A stretch of 64,000 nt of DNA from Terriglobia bacterium (GCA_963666975.2 CAXVYR010000002.1:267436-331435), one strand, 5' to 3'; counted from the stretch's first letter, positions 43,354 to 53,649 are shown. The notes: generated by a model not told the origin, from the sequence alone. Translations and numbers: made by a program.

Positions 43354-45234
43354 TTACCATTGCGCTGCTGCCCCCCCCAGTTCTACCTGGGCTCCGGTCG
43401 GCTCCATACCCCATTCGCGGGCAAGGGATGGAACTAGATGGATCGGTTTGCCGCCCACCAGGGTCAGCAGCACGCGCAGTTTGGCAATCTCTTCCACTGG
43501 AACCGTCAGGTAGTCCTTGTCGAGCACCACCAGGTCCGCCCATTTGCCCGGCTCCAGCGACCCTAGCACATCTTCCCGCATCACCCCGTAGGCCCCCCAG
43601 AGAGTCGCCGACTTCAACATCGCCCGCCGGTCCACCGCCTGTTGCGGCGCGGTTACCTTCCCGTTCTGATCCTTCCGGGTGATGCCGGAATAGAGAACCT
43701 GGAAGTACGTCAGGTCGGTGTATCCGATGGGCCGGTCAATCTCGACACTGTTCATGATCCCAGCCTCATAGAGAGCCTTGCGAGGCACCACCTGCATCGC
43801 GCCCCGCTCGCCGTAATCCCGCAGGACCTGCTGCGCGCTTCCTTCCCAAATATAGAAGTCCCAGCCGCTGGTCATTATGCCCAGCTTTTTGTATCGCGGG
43901 ATCTGGTCCGGCCTCGGATACATGGCCATGTGCTCGGTGACATGGCGCTTGGAATGAATCTCTTCCAGCGTCATGCCGGCATCTTCGCTGGCCTTCTCGA
44001 TGATGTCCAGGATGAGATCAATTTCCCCATCCGCCATCACGTGATCTCCGGCCAGCCGTCCGCCCGCCTTGATGTATTCATAAAGAGCCTTCGAAACTGT
44101 CGGGTCGGCAAATCCGCACTCCATTTCCCGCTCCTTGACCTCCGGGGAAGTGCCGGGCAGCTTGCTGCAGTCCATCCCCATGTGAGAAGTCATTCCACTC
44201 GACCAGAAATAGTCCGAGCCCGTGCCCACGCGGCTGACTTCAGCTTGAAGAAAGTAGGGGTCCGAAAAGAAGTCGTTTCGATAAGGCCAGAACCAGCCCC
44301 AGGCAAAGCGAATGGCCATCTGCTCCCGGCGATCCAGGCTGTTGTAGGCGCGAATCGCGCCACCTGTGTACAGCGACGTCGCGTTGAGGGTAACCCCGTA
44401 CCCCCCCATCCAGGTCAGCCCCGCACGGTAGATTTCCCGCAACACCTCGGGCGGGTAGAGCACATCCTGTTCCACCTGCCGGTAGCAGACGACACAGGTT
44501 CCTGTTTTCTCAAAGCTTTCCAGCGTTACACCCATACCCACAAGGTCTTCCAGCGGATGGTAAGAAAACTTCTTCGCCTCCCCTGCATAAAACTCTTTTA
44601 CCAAGTCAATGGCTTTTTGGTTCAACAAAGCTCCGACAAATCCGCCTCGGACCAGCACCGGATTGTTGGGAGCAGCCAGATCCAGCATCTGTTTGTTAAT
44701 CTGCCGCCCCAGAAAGCCTGAGATTTCATTTCCCCACCGGTATTCTTTCCCATAAAGCAGACTAATTCGGATCCATTGGCCGGGCTTGGCCTTGCGGACT
44801 GCCTCCTCTAATACCCTCGGAAATTGTTGCAACTGTTGATCGGGCGGATCGTTCAAAAACCGCTCAATGTGCATATCATCGGTGACCACTTTTCCTACGA
44901 TATGCGGGTTCAGCGGGTCCCAGTCCTGCGGGTGATCGTGCGTGGCCCCAAAGCCCGGAGCCACCATCCTCCCTTTCAGATCCAGGGACTGCGTGTTGCT
45001 GCCCGCCAAGCGGCGAATCTCGGCGTTGCTGCCCACCGCGACGATTTTCCCATCCCGGATTGCAATCGCCTGAGCAATGGTCCCCAAATTGGAATCGACT
45101 TCATGGTTGTCCACCGTCACGATCTTTCCATTGTGAAGAATTGTATCCGGCGCCTGCTGGGCCCGAACGGTGCTCTGTGCAGTCCAGATGACACACACTA
45201 ATACCGCAACTCCCCAAAAATGTAGGCTCTTCAT
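43354..45234 (-). CDS. Secreted Amidohydro_3 hydrolase, array paralogue 3
   Basis: SD GAGGTGGTG. 'ATHDHPQDW', 'AGDHVMADGEID', 'KRHVTEHMAMYP'. Tail 'GAQVELGGAAAQW'. Confidence 0.9.
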   Translation of the reverse strand: MKSLHFWGVAVLVCVIWTAQSTVRAQQAPDTILHNGKIVTVDNHEVDSNLGTIAQAIAIRDGKIVAVGSNAEIRRLAGSNTQSLDLKGRMVAPGFGATHDHPQDWDPLNPHIVGKVVTDDMHIERFLNDPPDQQLQQFPRVLEEAVRKAKPGQWIRISLLYGKEYRWGNEISGFLGRQINKQMLDLAAPNNPVLVRGGFVGALLNQKAIDLVKEFYAGEAKKFSYHPLEDLVGMGVTLESFEKTGTCVVCYRQVEQDVLYPPEVLREIYRAGLTWMGGYGVTLNATSLYTGGAIRAYNSLDRREQMAIRFAWGWFWPYRNDFFSDPYFLQAEVSRVGTGSDYFWSSGMTSHMGMDCSKLPGTSPEVKEREMECGFADPTVSKALYEYIKAGGRLAGDHVMADGEIDLILDIIEKASEDAGMTLEEIHSKRHVTEHMAMYPRPDQIPRYKKLGIMTSGWDFYIWEGSAQQVLRDYGERGAMQVVPRKALYEAGIMNSVEIDRPIGYTDLTYFQVLYSGITRKDQNGKVTAPQQAVDRRAMLKSATLWGAYGVMREDVLGSLEPGKWADLVVLDKDYLTVPVEEIAKLRVLLTLVGGKPIHLVPSLAREWGMEPTGAQVELGGAAAQW

Positions 45235-45388
45235 AATTCACCACCTCGAATTGTAAGCAGTTCGCTAAGAAAGTCAGACCAAACGGAATGCCGCTTCCGT
45301 CCGCCTGCAGACCGTGCTTTCAAACCTCGAAATCCAACGGATTTCTGGCCCGGCTATCTCGGTTCTACCAGGGTTCTACCAGGAAAAC

Positions 45389-47266
45389 CTACCATTGCGC
45401 AGCCGGTCCGCCGAGTTCTACCTGAGCCCCCGTGGGTTGCATGCCTAACTCGCGGGCCAGGGATGGAACCAAATGGACCACTTTGCCGCCCACCATAGTC
45501 ATCAGGACCCGAACATTCAGAATGTCATCCACGGGAATGGTCAGGTAGTCTCTGTCCAATATCACCAGGTCTGCCCATTTATTGGGCTCCAGGGAGCCCA
45601 TGCGATCCTCGCGCATAGCATAATAAGCTCCCCAAATCGTCGCCGACTTGAGTATGGTTTCGCGGTTCACCGCCTGATTGGGGGCCGTTATATTGCCATC
45701 CTGATCCTTCCGGGTAATCCCTGCATAGAGGACTGTGAAGAAAGTCAGGTCGGTGTATCCAATGGGCCGGTCAATTTCGATGCTTGTCCTCACGCCGGCA
45801 TCGAGCAGACTCTTCCGCGGGATCACCCATTGTGCCGCCTCCTCTCCATAGTCCCTCAATACCTCCTGCCCTCTTCCTTCCCAAATGAACAGGTCCCAGC
45901 CGCCCGTCTGTATACCCAGGTTCTTGATCCGAGGGATCTGGTCGGGACGAGGATTCATCCCCATATGGTCATAGGTGTGCCGCTTCGCCCGAATCTCCTC
46001 TATTGTCATGCCCGCGTCTTTGCTGGCCTGCTCAATAATATCCAGAACGTGATCGATCTCCTTGTCGCCGACCATATGCGCTCCGGCGTAGCGGCCGCCG
46101 TCCTTGATGTATGCATACAAGATATCCCGATTCTCCTTGCCGCTGGGAGTATCCGGATCAAACTTGCAACTACCTTCCCGCTGTTTCACTTCGGGGGAGG
46201 TGCCCGGAAGCGTGCTGCAATTTCTGCCGTAGTCGGATGGGATGGCTCCGTTCAGCCAGAAGTAATCTGATCCTCTGCCCTTCATGGTGATTATAAGCCT
46301 GCGAAGATAGGGGTCGAAGAGGATATTCTTCCGTTCCGGCCAGAAGTAAGTCCAGGGAAGCCGGAGCGACATCTCTCCGCTGCGGTCCAGCGCATCGTAG
46401 GCCGCAATCGCCCCGGCCGTATACATATTCGATGCGTTCATGGTGACTCCATAGCCTGCCCACCAGGATGTCCCCAAACGGTAGATTTCCTGCAACACAT
46501 CCGGCGGGTAGAGCACGTCCTGTTCAAACTCCCGGTAACAGACCGCGCAGGTTCCGGTTTCCTCCATGCGCGCGTTCACCGGCCTGTCGATCATGTCAAA
46601 CTTTTCCCATTCCGCACCGTAATACTTCTTTACTTCGTCAATGGCATTCTGGTTTGCCACCATCCCGACAAAGCCCGCACGAACGATCACCGGATTATTG
46701 GGAGCAGCCAGATCCAGCATTTGCTTGGTTATCTGGCGCCCGAGATACCCGGAGATCCTCGTCCTCCCCCGATACTCTTTCCCGAACAGCATGCTGATCC
46801 GAATCCATTGGCCGGGCCGGGCCTTCCGGACTGCCTCCTCGAGAACTCGCGGAAACCTCTGGAGTTGCTGCTCGGGGGAATCTTCCAGGAACCGCTCCAG
46901 GTGCAGATCGTCTGTGACCACCTTTTTTACGATGTAGGGATTCAACGGGTCCCAGTCGGTGGGGTGATCGTGTGTGGCTGCCATGCCCGGCAGCACCGTC
47001 CGCCCCTTCAGGTCAATGCTCCGGGTATTGGGGCCCGCCAAGGCCCGAACCTGAGCGTTGGTTCCCACGGCCAGGATCGCATCTCCCCGGACAGCCAAAG
47101 CCTGAACGATGGCGCCTATGTTTGCATTGACCTCATGGTTGTCCACCGTCACGATCTTTCCGTTGTAGAGAATGGTATCCGGCGCTTGCTGGGCCCGGAG
47201 GGGACTCTGCACAGCGCAAAGGACACACATTGTTACCCCAACCCGCCAAATCCATCGACTTATCAT
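45389..47266 (-). CDS. Secreted Amidohydro_3 hydrolase, array paralogue 4
   Basis: Start taken at MISRWIW (ATG 47266, SD AAAGG). 'ATHDHPTDW', 'GAHMVGDKEIDH', 'KRHTYDHMGMNP'. Tail 'GAQVELGGPAAQW'. Confidence 0.85.
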   Translation of the reverse strand: MISRWIWRVGVTMCVLCAVQSPLRAQQAPDTILYNGKIVTVDNHEVNANIGAIVQALAVRGDAILAVGTNAQVRALAGPNTRSIDLKGRTVLPGMAATHDHPTDWDPLNPYIVKKVVTDDLHLERFLEDSPEQQLQRFPRVLEEAVRKARPGQWIRISMLFGKEYRGRTRISGYLGRQITKQMLDLAAPNNPVIVRAGFVGMVANQNAIDEVKKYYGAEWEKFDMIDRPVNARMEETGTCAVCYREFEQDVLYPPDVLQEIYRLGTSWWAGYGVTMNASNMYTAGAIAAYDALDRSGEMSLRLPWTYFWPERKNILFDPYLRRLIITMKGRGSDYFWLNGAIPSDYGRNCSTLPGTSPEVKQREGSCKFDPDTPSGKENRDILYAYIKDGGRYAGAHMVGDKEIDHVLDIIEQASKDAGMTIEEIRAKRHTYDHMGMNPRPDQIPRIKNLGIQTGGWDLFIWEGRGQEVLRDYGEEAAQWVIPRKSLLDAGVRTSIEIDRPIGYTDLTFFTVLYAGITRKDQDGNITAPNQAVNRETILKSATIWGAYYAMREDRMGSLEPNKWADLVILDRDYLTIPVDDILNVRVLMTMVGGKVVHLVPSLARELGMQPTGAQVELGGPAAQW

Positions 47267-47435
47267 AACTTTTAACCTTTCAGCTATTGTGGGCAGCCTA
47301 CTAAGAAAACCAGGCTGGCAGGATGCCGTTCCCACCAGCCTGGCGAATTGTGACTTCAAAGCTCCCCGGCTAACTCCCGGCTAACTCGATTGTTAATCTC
47401 TCGGTTAATTTCTTGCTACCGTCCTCAGGGGAAAC

Positions 47436-49301
47436 TTACCATTGCGCGGCCAACCCGCCAAGTTCCACCTGGGCCCCCGCAGGCTGCATGCCCAACTCAC
47501 GGGCCAGGGAGGGAACCAAGTGTACCACCTTGCCGCCGACCATGGTCATCAAAACACGGAGGTTGAGAATGTCATCCTCCGGAACCGTCATGTAGTCCTT
47601 GTCGAGCACGATCAAGTCCGCCCATTTGCCTGGCTCCAGGGAGCCAAGCTGATCCTCTCGCATGGCGTAGTAAGCCCCCCAAAGCGTGGCGGACTTTAAC
47701 ATGGCTTGCCGGCTCAACGCCTGCTGCGGTGACGTAATAGCGCCGTTTTGATCCTTTCGGGAAATTCCTGCATAGAGGACCGTGAAGAAGGTCAGGTCGG
47801 TGTATCCAAGGGGCCGGTCAATTTCGACACTCGTCCTGACTCCGCCATCGAGCAGGCTTTTTCGCGGGACGACCCATTGAGCCGCCTCCTCTCCGTAGTC
47901 CCTTAACACCTCTTGTCCTCTCCCTTCCCAGATGTAAAAGTCCCAGCCGCCTGTTTGCATGCCCAGATTCTTGAGCAGCGGGATCTGGTCCGGACGAGGA
48001 TTAATTGCCATGTGGTCATAGGCGTGCCGCTTGGCCCGAATCTCCTCCAGTGTCATCCCCGCATCCTTGCTGGCTCGCTGGATGATCTCCAGAACGTAAT
48101 CGATGTCCTTGTCGCCGCCGGTGTGCATCCCGGTAAATCGGCCGCCTGACTTGACGAGGTTATATAAGGCCCGCTCAGCTGCGCTGCCTGGCACAAAACT
48201 GCATTCGGGTTCCTGCGCTTTTACCTCCGGGGAAGTGCCCGGCAAGGTGGTGCAGTCGGTGCCGATCCCAGCCGGCCAGACTCCACCCATCCAGAGGTGA
48301 TCCGATCCTATTCCCTGCATGAGGTTCATGGTAGCTCGAAAATAGGGGTCGGCAAAGTGGTCCGTTCCGTTCGACCCGAGCCAGGTCCAGGGAATTCGAA
48401 TCACGATTTCGTCATTCCGGTCCAGGGTGCTGTAAGCGTTTAGGGCAGCGGCCGTGTAGATGGCCGATGCGTTTAAGGTCACCCCATAGCCAGCCCACCA
48501 GGAGGTCCCAATGCGGTAAATCTCCCGCAAAACATCATTCGGGTAGAGCACGTCCTGTTCTACACCGCGGAAGCTGACGCTACCGAGTCCGTTTTGCTCA
48601 ACCTCCGGCCCCAGAGGCCCCCAATGAGGCATGTTATCGCCCCCGTTCTCTTTGTACCACTGATTGGTCAGCTCATACGCCATTTGGTTGACCACCATTC
48701 CGACGAAGCCAGCGCGCACCAACACCGGGTTATCAGGAGCCGCCAGATCCAGTTGCTGCTTGGTAATCTGCCGCCCCAGGAACCCTGTATTCTCTCTCAT
48801 CCCTCGATATTCTCTGCCATGAAGCAGGCTGATCCGAATCCATTGGCCGGGCTTGGCCGCCCGAACCGCCTCCTCCAAAACACGCGGGAATTGTTGGAGG
48901 TTCTGAGCCGGTGCTTCATTCAAGAAGCGCTCAATGTGCATATCATCGGTGACCACCTTCTTGACAATGTAGGGATTCAGTTGGTCCCAGTCCATCGGGT
49001 GGTCGTGGGTGGCGGCAAAGCCCGGCAGCACGGTCCGACCTTTCAGGTCATGGGACTGGGTGTTACTGCCTGCCATGCGGCGAATCTGTGTGTTGCTTCC
49101 CACGGCAACGATATCTCCATCCCGGATCGCAATCGCCTGTGCGATGGTGCCTACGTCTGCATTGACCTCATGGTCGTCCACTGTTACGATCTTCCCGTTG
49201 TAAAGAATGGTATCCGGCGCTTGCTGGGCCCAGAGGAGGCTCTGTCCGGCCCAGAGTACACTTACCATTACTGCAAATTGCAAAATCCATACCCGTCTCA
49301 T
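47436..49301 (-). CDS. Secreted Amidohydro_3 hydrolase, array paralogue 5
   Basis: 'ATHDHPMDW', 'GMHTGGDKDIDY', 'KRHAYDHMAINP'. Tail 'GAQVELGGLAAQW'. Confidence 0.9.
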   Translation of the reverse strand: MRRVWILQFAVMVSVLWAGQSLLWAQQAPDTILYNGKIVTVDDHEVNADVGTIAQAIAIRDGDIVAVGSNTQIRRMAGSNTQSHDLKGRTVLPGFAATHDHPMDWDQLNPYIVKKVVTDDMHIERFLNEAPAQNLQQFPRVLEEAVRAAKPGQWIRISLLHGREYRGMRENTGFLGRQITKQQLDLAAPDNPVLVRAGFVGMVVNQMAYELTNQWYKENGGDNMPHWGPLGPEVEQNGLGSVSFRGVEQDVLYPNDVLREIYRIGTSWWAGYGVTLNASAIYTAAALNAYSTLDRNDEIVIRIPWTWLGSNGTDHFADPYFRATMNLMQGIGSDHLWMGGVWPAGIGTDCTTLPGTSPEVKAQEPECSFVPGSAAERALYNLVKSGGRFTGMHTGGDKDIDYVLEIIQRASKDAGMTLEEIRAKRHAYDHMAINPRPDQIPLLKNLGMQTGGWDFYIWEGRGQEVLRDYGEEAAQWVVPRKSLLDGGVRTSVEIDRPLGYTDLTFFTVLYAGISRKDQNGAITSPQQALSRQAMLKSATLWGAYYAMREDQLGSLEPGKWADLIVLDKDYMTVPEDDILNLRVLMTMVGGKVVHLVPSLARELGMQPAGAQVELGGLAAQW

Positions 49302-49475
49302 AAATTTACCTCATCCTTTCATGTCGCAGCCTTTTAAAAATATGCGAGAAGTCGTGGACATCTTTATCCTTGTCCTTAGATTGGCAAGAGGCCCCCGCAT
49401 AGGGAGTACGTGGAAGAGTTGGAGAATGCGGAGACGTATCGTTCCCTTATCTGAGAGACCTCTAGCCGAAGCGTT

Positions 49476-49509
49476 GGAAAAGTGTAGGAGGAAGCCGAAG
49501 CTTCCTCCT
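49476..49509 (-). terminator. Rho-independent terminator after paralogue 6
   Basis: Perfect 10-bp stem aggaggaagc/gcttcctcct with a tetraloop. On the minus strand it is followed by acacttttcc. It lies 25 nt downstream of the stop at 49534. Confidence 0.65.
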
Positions 49510-49533
49510 TGCAAAACACCCTACTTACCATAG

Positions 49534-51396
49534 CTACCATTTGGAAGGTAATCCGCCGAGCTCCACCTGTGCCCCCATGGGCTGCACCCCGATCTCGCGT
49601 GCCATCGAGGGAACCAAGTGCACGATCTTGCCTCCTGTCATGGTCATCAACACCCGCAGCTTCGGAATGTCATCCACGGGGATGGTCAAGTAATCTTTGT
49701 CTAAAACGATCAGGTCTGCCAACTTGCCGGGCTCCAACGAGCCGAGGTCATCTTCCCTGAATACATAATAGGAACCCCAGGTTGTGGATACCTTCAGCAT
49801 CGTTTCCCGGTCCACCCGCTGCTCGGGAGCAATCACATTTCCGTTCATGTCCCGGCGGGTAATTCCGGTGTGAAGGACCTGGAACATGTTCAGGTCGGTG
49901 TAACCCAAAGGCCGGTCCAACTCCAGCGTATTCATAATCTGGTTGGTAAGCAACCTCTTCCGGGGTGTCACCCATCCCGCAGCTTTTTCCCCGTACTCGC
50001 GCAGGATTCTCTCCCCGTTGCCTTCCCAGAGATAGAAGTCCCAGTTGCCCACCATCATACCCAGATTCTTGATGCGCACCGCCTGATCATCCCTGGGAGA
50101 CATCTGTCCATGATCGTAAGCATGCCGTTTGTCCCGAATCTGCGCCAGCGTCATCCCGGCGTCCTTGCTCCCCTGCTCGATGACATCCAGCAGGTGATCA
50201 ATGTCCTTGTCCCCGCCGGTGTGGATGAGCGCGATCCGTCCGCCTGCCTTGACAAAGTTGTAAGTCCATTTGCGCATATCCGAACCGGGGGCGAGGGTGC
50301 AACCCGGCTCTCTTGCCTTCACATCCGGGGAAGTGCCCGGCAAGGTGGAGCAGTCAAAGGTCATCATGGGAGAGGCGCCGACAAACCAGAAGTAATCCGT
50401 GCCTTCTCCCTGGCGAGTCGCGATATCAGCCAAAAAGTAGGGATCTTCGAAAGCTTTGTTAAAGGGCGGCCAGAAATATCCCCAGGGCAGGCGTATGGGC
50501 ATTCTGTCTTCCCTTTGCAAGGTCCGGTAGCCGCGGATCTGCGCCGGGGCGTACAACATAGTGCCGTCGGTGGTGACGCCGTAGCCAGCCAGCCAAGACA
50601 GGCCATACTCGTTCATCTTCGTCCATACTTCGGGGTGATCCTTGTAGTAGATGATGTCCGGCTCGATGAAGCGATAGATGACAGAGCCAGTGCCTGTCTC
50701 CTCGAAATTCCGTTCGGTGGCGAAAATATCCCCGACCCCGTCTCCCCAGAATTTTCTCATCTCCTCCAGGGCCCGTTCGTTGACCACCGCTCCCACAAAG
50801 CCGGCGCGGACCAGCACCGGATTATTCGGAGCCGCCAAGTCCAGATGCTGCTTGGTAATCTGGTTCCCCAACAGCGCTGTAATCTCTGCCCTATACCGAT
50901 ACTGTCTTCCAAAGGTCAGCGTAATGCGAACCCATTGACCCGGCTTGGCCGCACGGACCGCCTCCTCCAAAACACGCGGGAACTTCTGCAACGTCTCATC
51001 AGGAGGATCCTCCAAAAACCGTTCAATGTGGATATCGTCGGTCACCACTGCTTTTACAATGTATGGATTCAGCGGGTCCCAGTCCTGCGGGTGATCATGC
51101 GTATTGATGATGCCCGGCATAACCATCCGCCCTTTTAGGTCAATCACCTTCGTGCCCGATCCCGCCATGGCTCGAATCCGGGTATTGTTGCCCACGTGCA
51201 AGATTTTTCCATCCTTGATATGGATGGCTTGCGCAATGGTGCCCAGGTTCGAGGTGAACGATACGTTATCCACTGTCACAATTTTCCCGTTGTAAAGAAT
51301 CGTATCCGAGCTTTGTTGGGCGCTCACCGGGCTACCTAGAAACGGTAACCAGACGCTGATCCACAACACAAAAGCAGATAACTTATTTATACTCAT
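49534..51396 (-). CDS. Secreted Amidohydro_3 hydrolase, array paralogue 6
   Basis: 'NTHDHPQDW', 'LIHTGGDKDIDH', 'KRHAYDHGQMSP'. Tail 'GAQVELGGLPSKW'. Confidence 0.9.
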   Translation of the reverse strand: MSINKLSAFVLWISVWLPFLGSPVSAQQSSDTILYNGKIVTVDNVSFTSNLGTIAQAIHIKDGKILHVGNNTRIRAMAGSGTKVIDLKGRMVMPGIINTHDHPQDWDPLNPYIVKAVVTDDIHIERFLEDPPDETLQKFPRVLEEAVRAAKPGQWVRITLTFGRQYRYRAEITALLGNQITKQHLDLAAPNNPVLVRAGFVGAVVNERALEEMRKFWGDGVGDIFATERNFEETGTGSVIYRFIEPDIIYYKDHPEVWTKMNEYGLSWLAGYGVTTDGTMLYAPAQIRGYRTLQREDRMPIRLPWGYFWPPFNKAFEDPYFLADIATRQGEGTDYFWFVGASPMMTFDCSTLPGTSPDVKAREPGCTLAPGSDMRKWTYNFVKAGGRIALIHTGGDKDIDHLLDVIEQGSKDAGMTLAQIRDKRHAYDHGQMSPRDDQAVRIKNLGMMVGNWDFYLWEGNGERILREYGEKAAGWVTPRKRLLTNQIMNTLELDRPLGYTDLNMFQVLHTGITRRDMNGNVIAPEQRVDRETMLKVSTTWGSYYVFREDDLGSLEPGKLADLIVLDKDYLTIPVDDIPKLRVLMTMTGGKIVHLVPSMAREIGVQPMGAQVELGGLPSKW

Positions 51397-51669
51397 TGCT
51401 TCAGTACCTTTCCTAAACTAAGCTGCAGGTTGTTCGCCGCCTTGCAGAAAAATCGCCGGGCAATCGGAGAGATTTGCCCGTAGCCGGACTAAAGGACGCT
51501 CAGAAAGTATACCACTAATCCATGTCTTTTAGCGCATTAGGGCAGAGGAGATTTCTTCCCCGATCCCCGCTTGGATAGATGCCGAAATTCCTGTCTGCTT
51601 CGCCGGCGTATTGGAAGAGGCTGCTCAAGCACAAACCGAGGCCGGCACATTAAGGAAAGAATTTTTCAT

Positions 51670-53550
51670 TTACCACTGAGCAGCAGGACCAAGTAAAGCT
51701 TGGGCACCGGTCGGTTGCATGCCAATTTCCCGAGCCACCGACGGAACCAAGTGAACGGCTTTGCCTCCCACCACGGTCATGAGCACTCGGATGTTCTCAA
51801 TGTCGTTTTCGGGTATTGTCAAGTAATCCCGATCGAGCACGATGAAATCGGCCCACTTCCCGGGTTCAAGCGAACCCAGTTCGTTCTCTTTCAGGATGTA
51901 ATACGCACCCCAGGTCGTCGCCGTTTTCAGGGCGAGTTCCCGGCTGATCTTTTGATTCTGCCCGTAGACTTTGCCATCCCACGCCTTCCGATTGATCACA
52001 CGCGCCAATGTCCAGAAGATGGTCAGATTGGTTGTGGACAATGCCCGATCGACTTCAAAGCCGCTGGGGATTTGGGCCTCGATCAACGACTTTTTCGGAA
52101 CCACCCACTCCAGCGCTTTTTCCCCATAGGTTTCCAATATGCCAGGAGAGGCCTGATAGATTTCAAAAGCATCTCCCCCCAGGACCAGACCCAATTCCTT
52201 AATGAGCGGCAGCTGATCCGGCCGGGGGGACATCACATTGTGGTCGAACGTGTGTCTTTTGGCGCGGATCTGTTCTGGTGTGAAACCAGCCTCCTTGCTG
52301 GCTTTTGAAATAATATCGATTATGTTGTCGATGTCTCTGTCACCCACAGTATGGGTTACCGCGTACCGGCCACCCATTTTCACCCACTGATACAGCATTT
52401 CGTAGTTTCTGGTTCCGGGATCATAAGCGCATGTTCGACGGCGTTGGGCTGCTTGCTCCGACAAGTCCACACGGGGCACCAAAGTGGTGCATCCAGCACC
52501 TACGGTTTGGGCGCCCCGGGAGCCGCTGTGCCAAAAATAGTCATTCCCGTTGCCGTTCATGGAAATCAGCGCACTCACGTAGTACTCGTCATTATTGAAA
52601 AAGTCTTCGCGCCAATTCCAGGCCCACATGTTCCGGACCGGCATCTGCCCGCTTCGGGACAGGTCGTCAAACACCCTCAGGTTGGCCGGATCGTATGCCT
52701 GCGAGGCAAAGGCGGTCATTCCATAGCCCGCCCACCAAGTCAGGCCCAGGCGCTGGACCTCCTTCAACTCTTTATAGTGGTCCCGCATGACCACATCACT
52801 GAACATCCAGCGCATGGGGTTTGCCCCACCGGCCCCAGTCTCATGATCAATTTGACTGGCTACATCCTCCGGGAATGTCCGGTCAGCTATTTCCAGCGCC
52901 TTGGAATTCAAAACGAAACGAGTAAAAGCGTCCCGCAACAGGACCGGATTGTTGGCAGCCACGGCATCCAGTTGTGCTTTTGTGATCTTGAGAGGGGTAC
53001 CGAACAAGCTATCGTCGAACTGGCCGAATCCGCCATTCCCTCCCGTGCTGTACTCATAGTTCTTACCCAAGGGGAAGACCAGGTAAACCCACTGTCCCGG
53101 CTTGGCCTTGCCGAGAGCTTCCCGCAAGATTGCGGGATACGCCTGGAGTTGTTCCTGGGGACTGCCCTCCAGAACCCGTGTAACTACAATATCGTCCGTG
53201 AGGACATGCCGGATGACGTAGGGATTGACGGGGCTCCAATCAAAAGGGTGTTCGTGAACGCTGATCAGTCCGGGCAGAACCGTGCGGCCCTTCAGGTCAA
53301 TCACCCGTGTGTTGGGCCCGGCCATAGCCCGAATCTCGGCGTTGTTGCCCACATGCAGGATCGTATCCCCTCTGACGTGCATGGCCTGCGCAATGGTTCC
53401 GAGGGAAGAGGTGTAGCTCGTGTCGTCCACCGTGACAATTTTCGCGTTGAAGTAAATCGTGTCGGAATCTTGTTGTGCCTGGCTGACGCGCCCAGACAAC
53501 AGCAAGATACTCAGCAGAAGCAAAAAACACCCGCTCCTTCTGTTACGCAT
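51670..53550 (-). CDS. Secreted Amidohydro_3 hydrolase, array paralogue 7 (most divergent)
   Basis: Start taken at MRNRRSG (ATG 53550, SD AAGGAAG). 'SVHEHPFDW', 'VTHTVGDRDIDN', 'KRHTFDHNVMSP'. Tail 'GAQALLGPAAQW'. Confidence 0.85.
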   Translation of the reverse strand: MRNRRSGCFLLLLSILLLSGRVSQAQQDSDTIYFNAKIVTVDDTSYTSSLGTIAQAMHVRGDTILHVGNNAEIRAMAGPNTRVIDLKGRTVLPGLISVHEHPFDWSPVNPYVIRHVLTDDIVVTRVLEGSPQEQLQAYPAILREALGKAKPGQWVYLVFPLGKNYEYSTGGNGGFGQFDDSLFGTPLKITKAQLDAVAANNPVLLRDAFTRFVLNSKALEIADRTFPEDVASQIDHETGAGGANPMRWMFSDVVMRDHYKELKEVQRLGLTWWAGYGMTAFASQAYDPANLRVFDDLSRSGQMPVRNMWAWNWREDFFNNDEYYVSALISMNGNGNDYFWHSGSRGAQTVGAGCTTLVPRVDLSEQAAQRRRTCAYDPGTRNYEMLYQWVKMGGRYAVTHTVGDRDIDNIIDIISKASKEAGFTPEQIRAKRHTFDHNVMSPRPDQLPLIKELGLVLGGDAFEIYQASPGILETYGEKALEWVVPKKSLIEAQIPSGFEVDRALSTTNLTIFWTLARVINRKAWDGKVYGQNQKISRELALKTATTWGAYYILKENELGSLEPGKWADFIVLDRDYLTIPENDIENIRVLMTVVGGKAVHLVPSVAREIGMQPTGAQALLGPAAQW

Positions 53551-53607
53551 GGTCACTTCCTTAAACTTCAGATGTAATGAACGGAGTTTGTAAACCGATT
53601 CTCTGTG

Positions 53608-53649
53608 CAAAAAAGGTGGGCAAAGATTTGGCTAACCAAATCTTTGCCC
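53608..53649 (-). terminator. Rho-independent terminator after the TonB-dependent receptor gene
   Basis: Perfect 14-bp stem gggcaaagatttgg/ccaaatctttgccc with a 4-nt loop. On the minus strand it is followed by accttttttg. It lies 19 nt after the stop at 53668. Confidence 0.75.

Noticed and set aside
39203-53550. The regular ~2.1-kb periodic repetition, considered as a CRISPR or satellite-type array.
   Set aside because: The period corresponds to complete protein-coding genes with spacers. There are no short direct repeats with unique spacers anywhere in the window.
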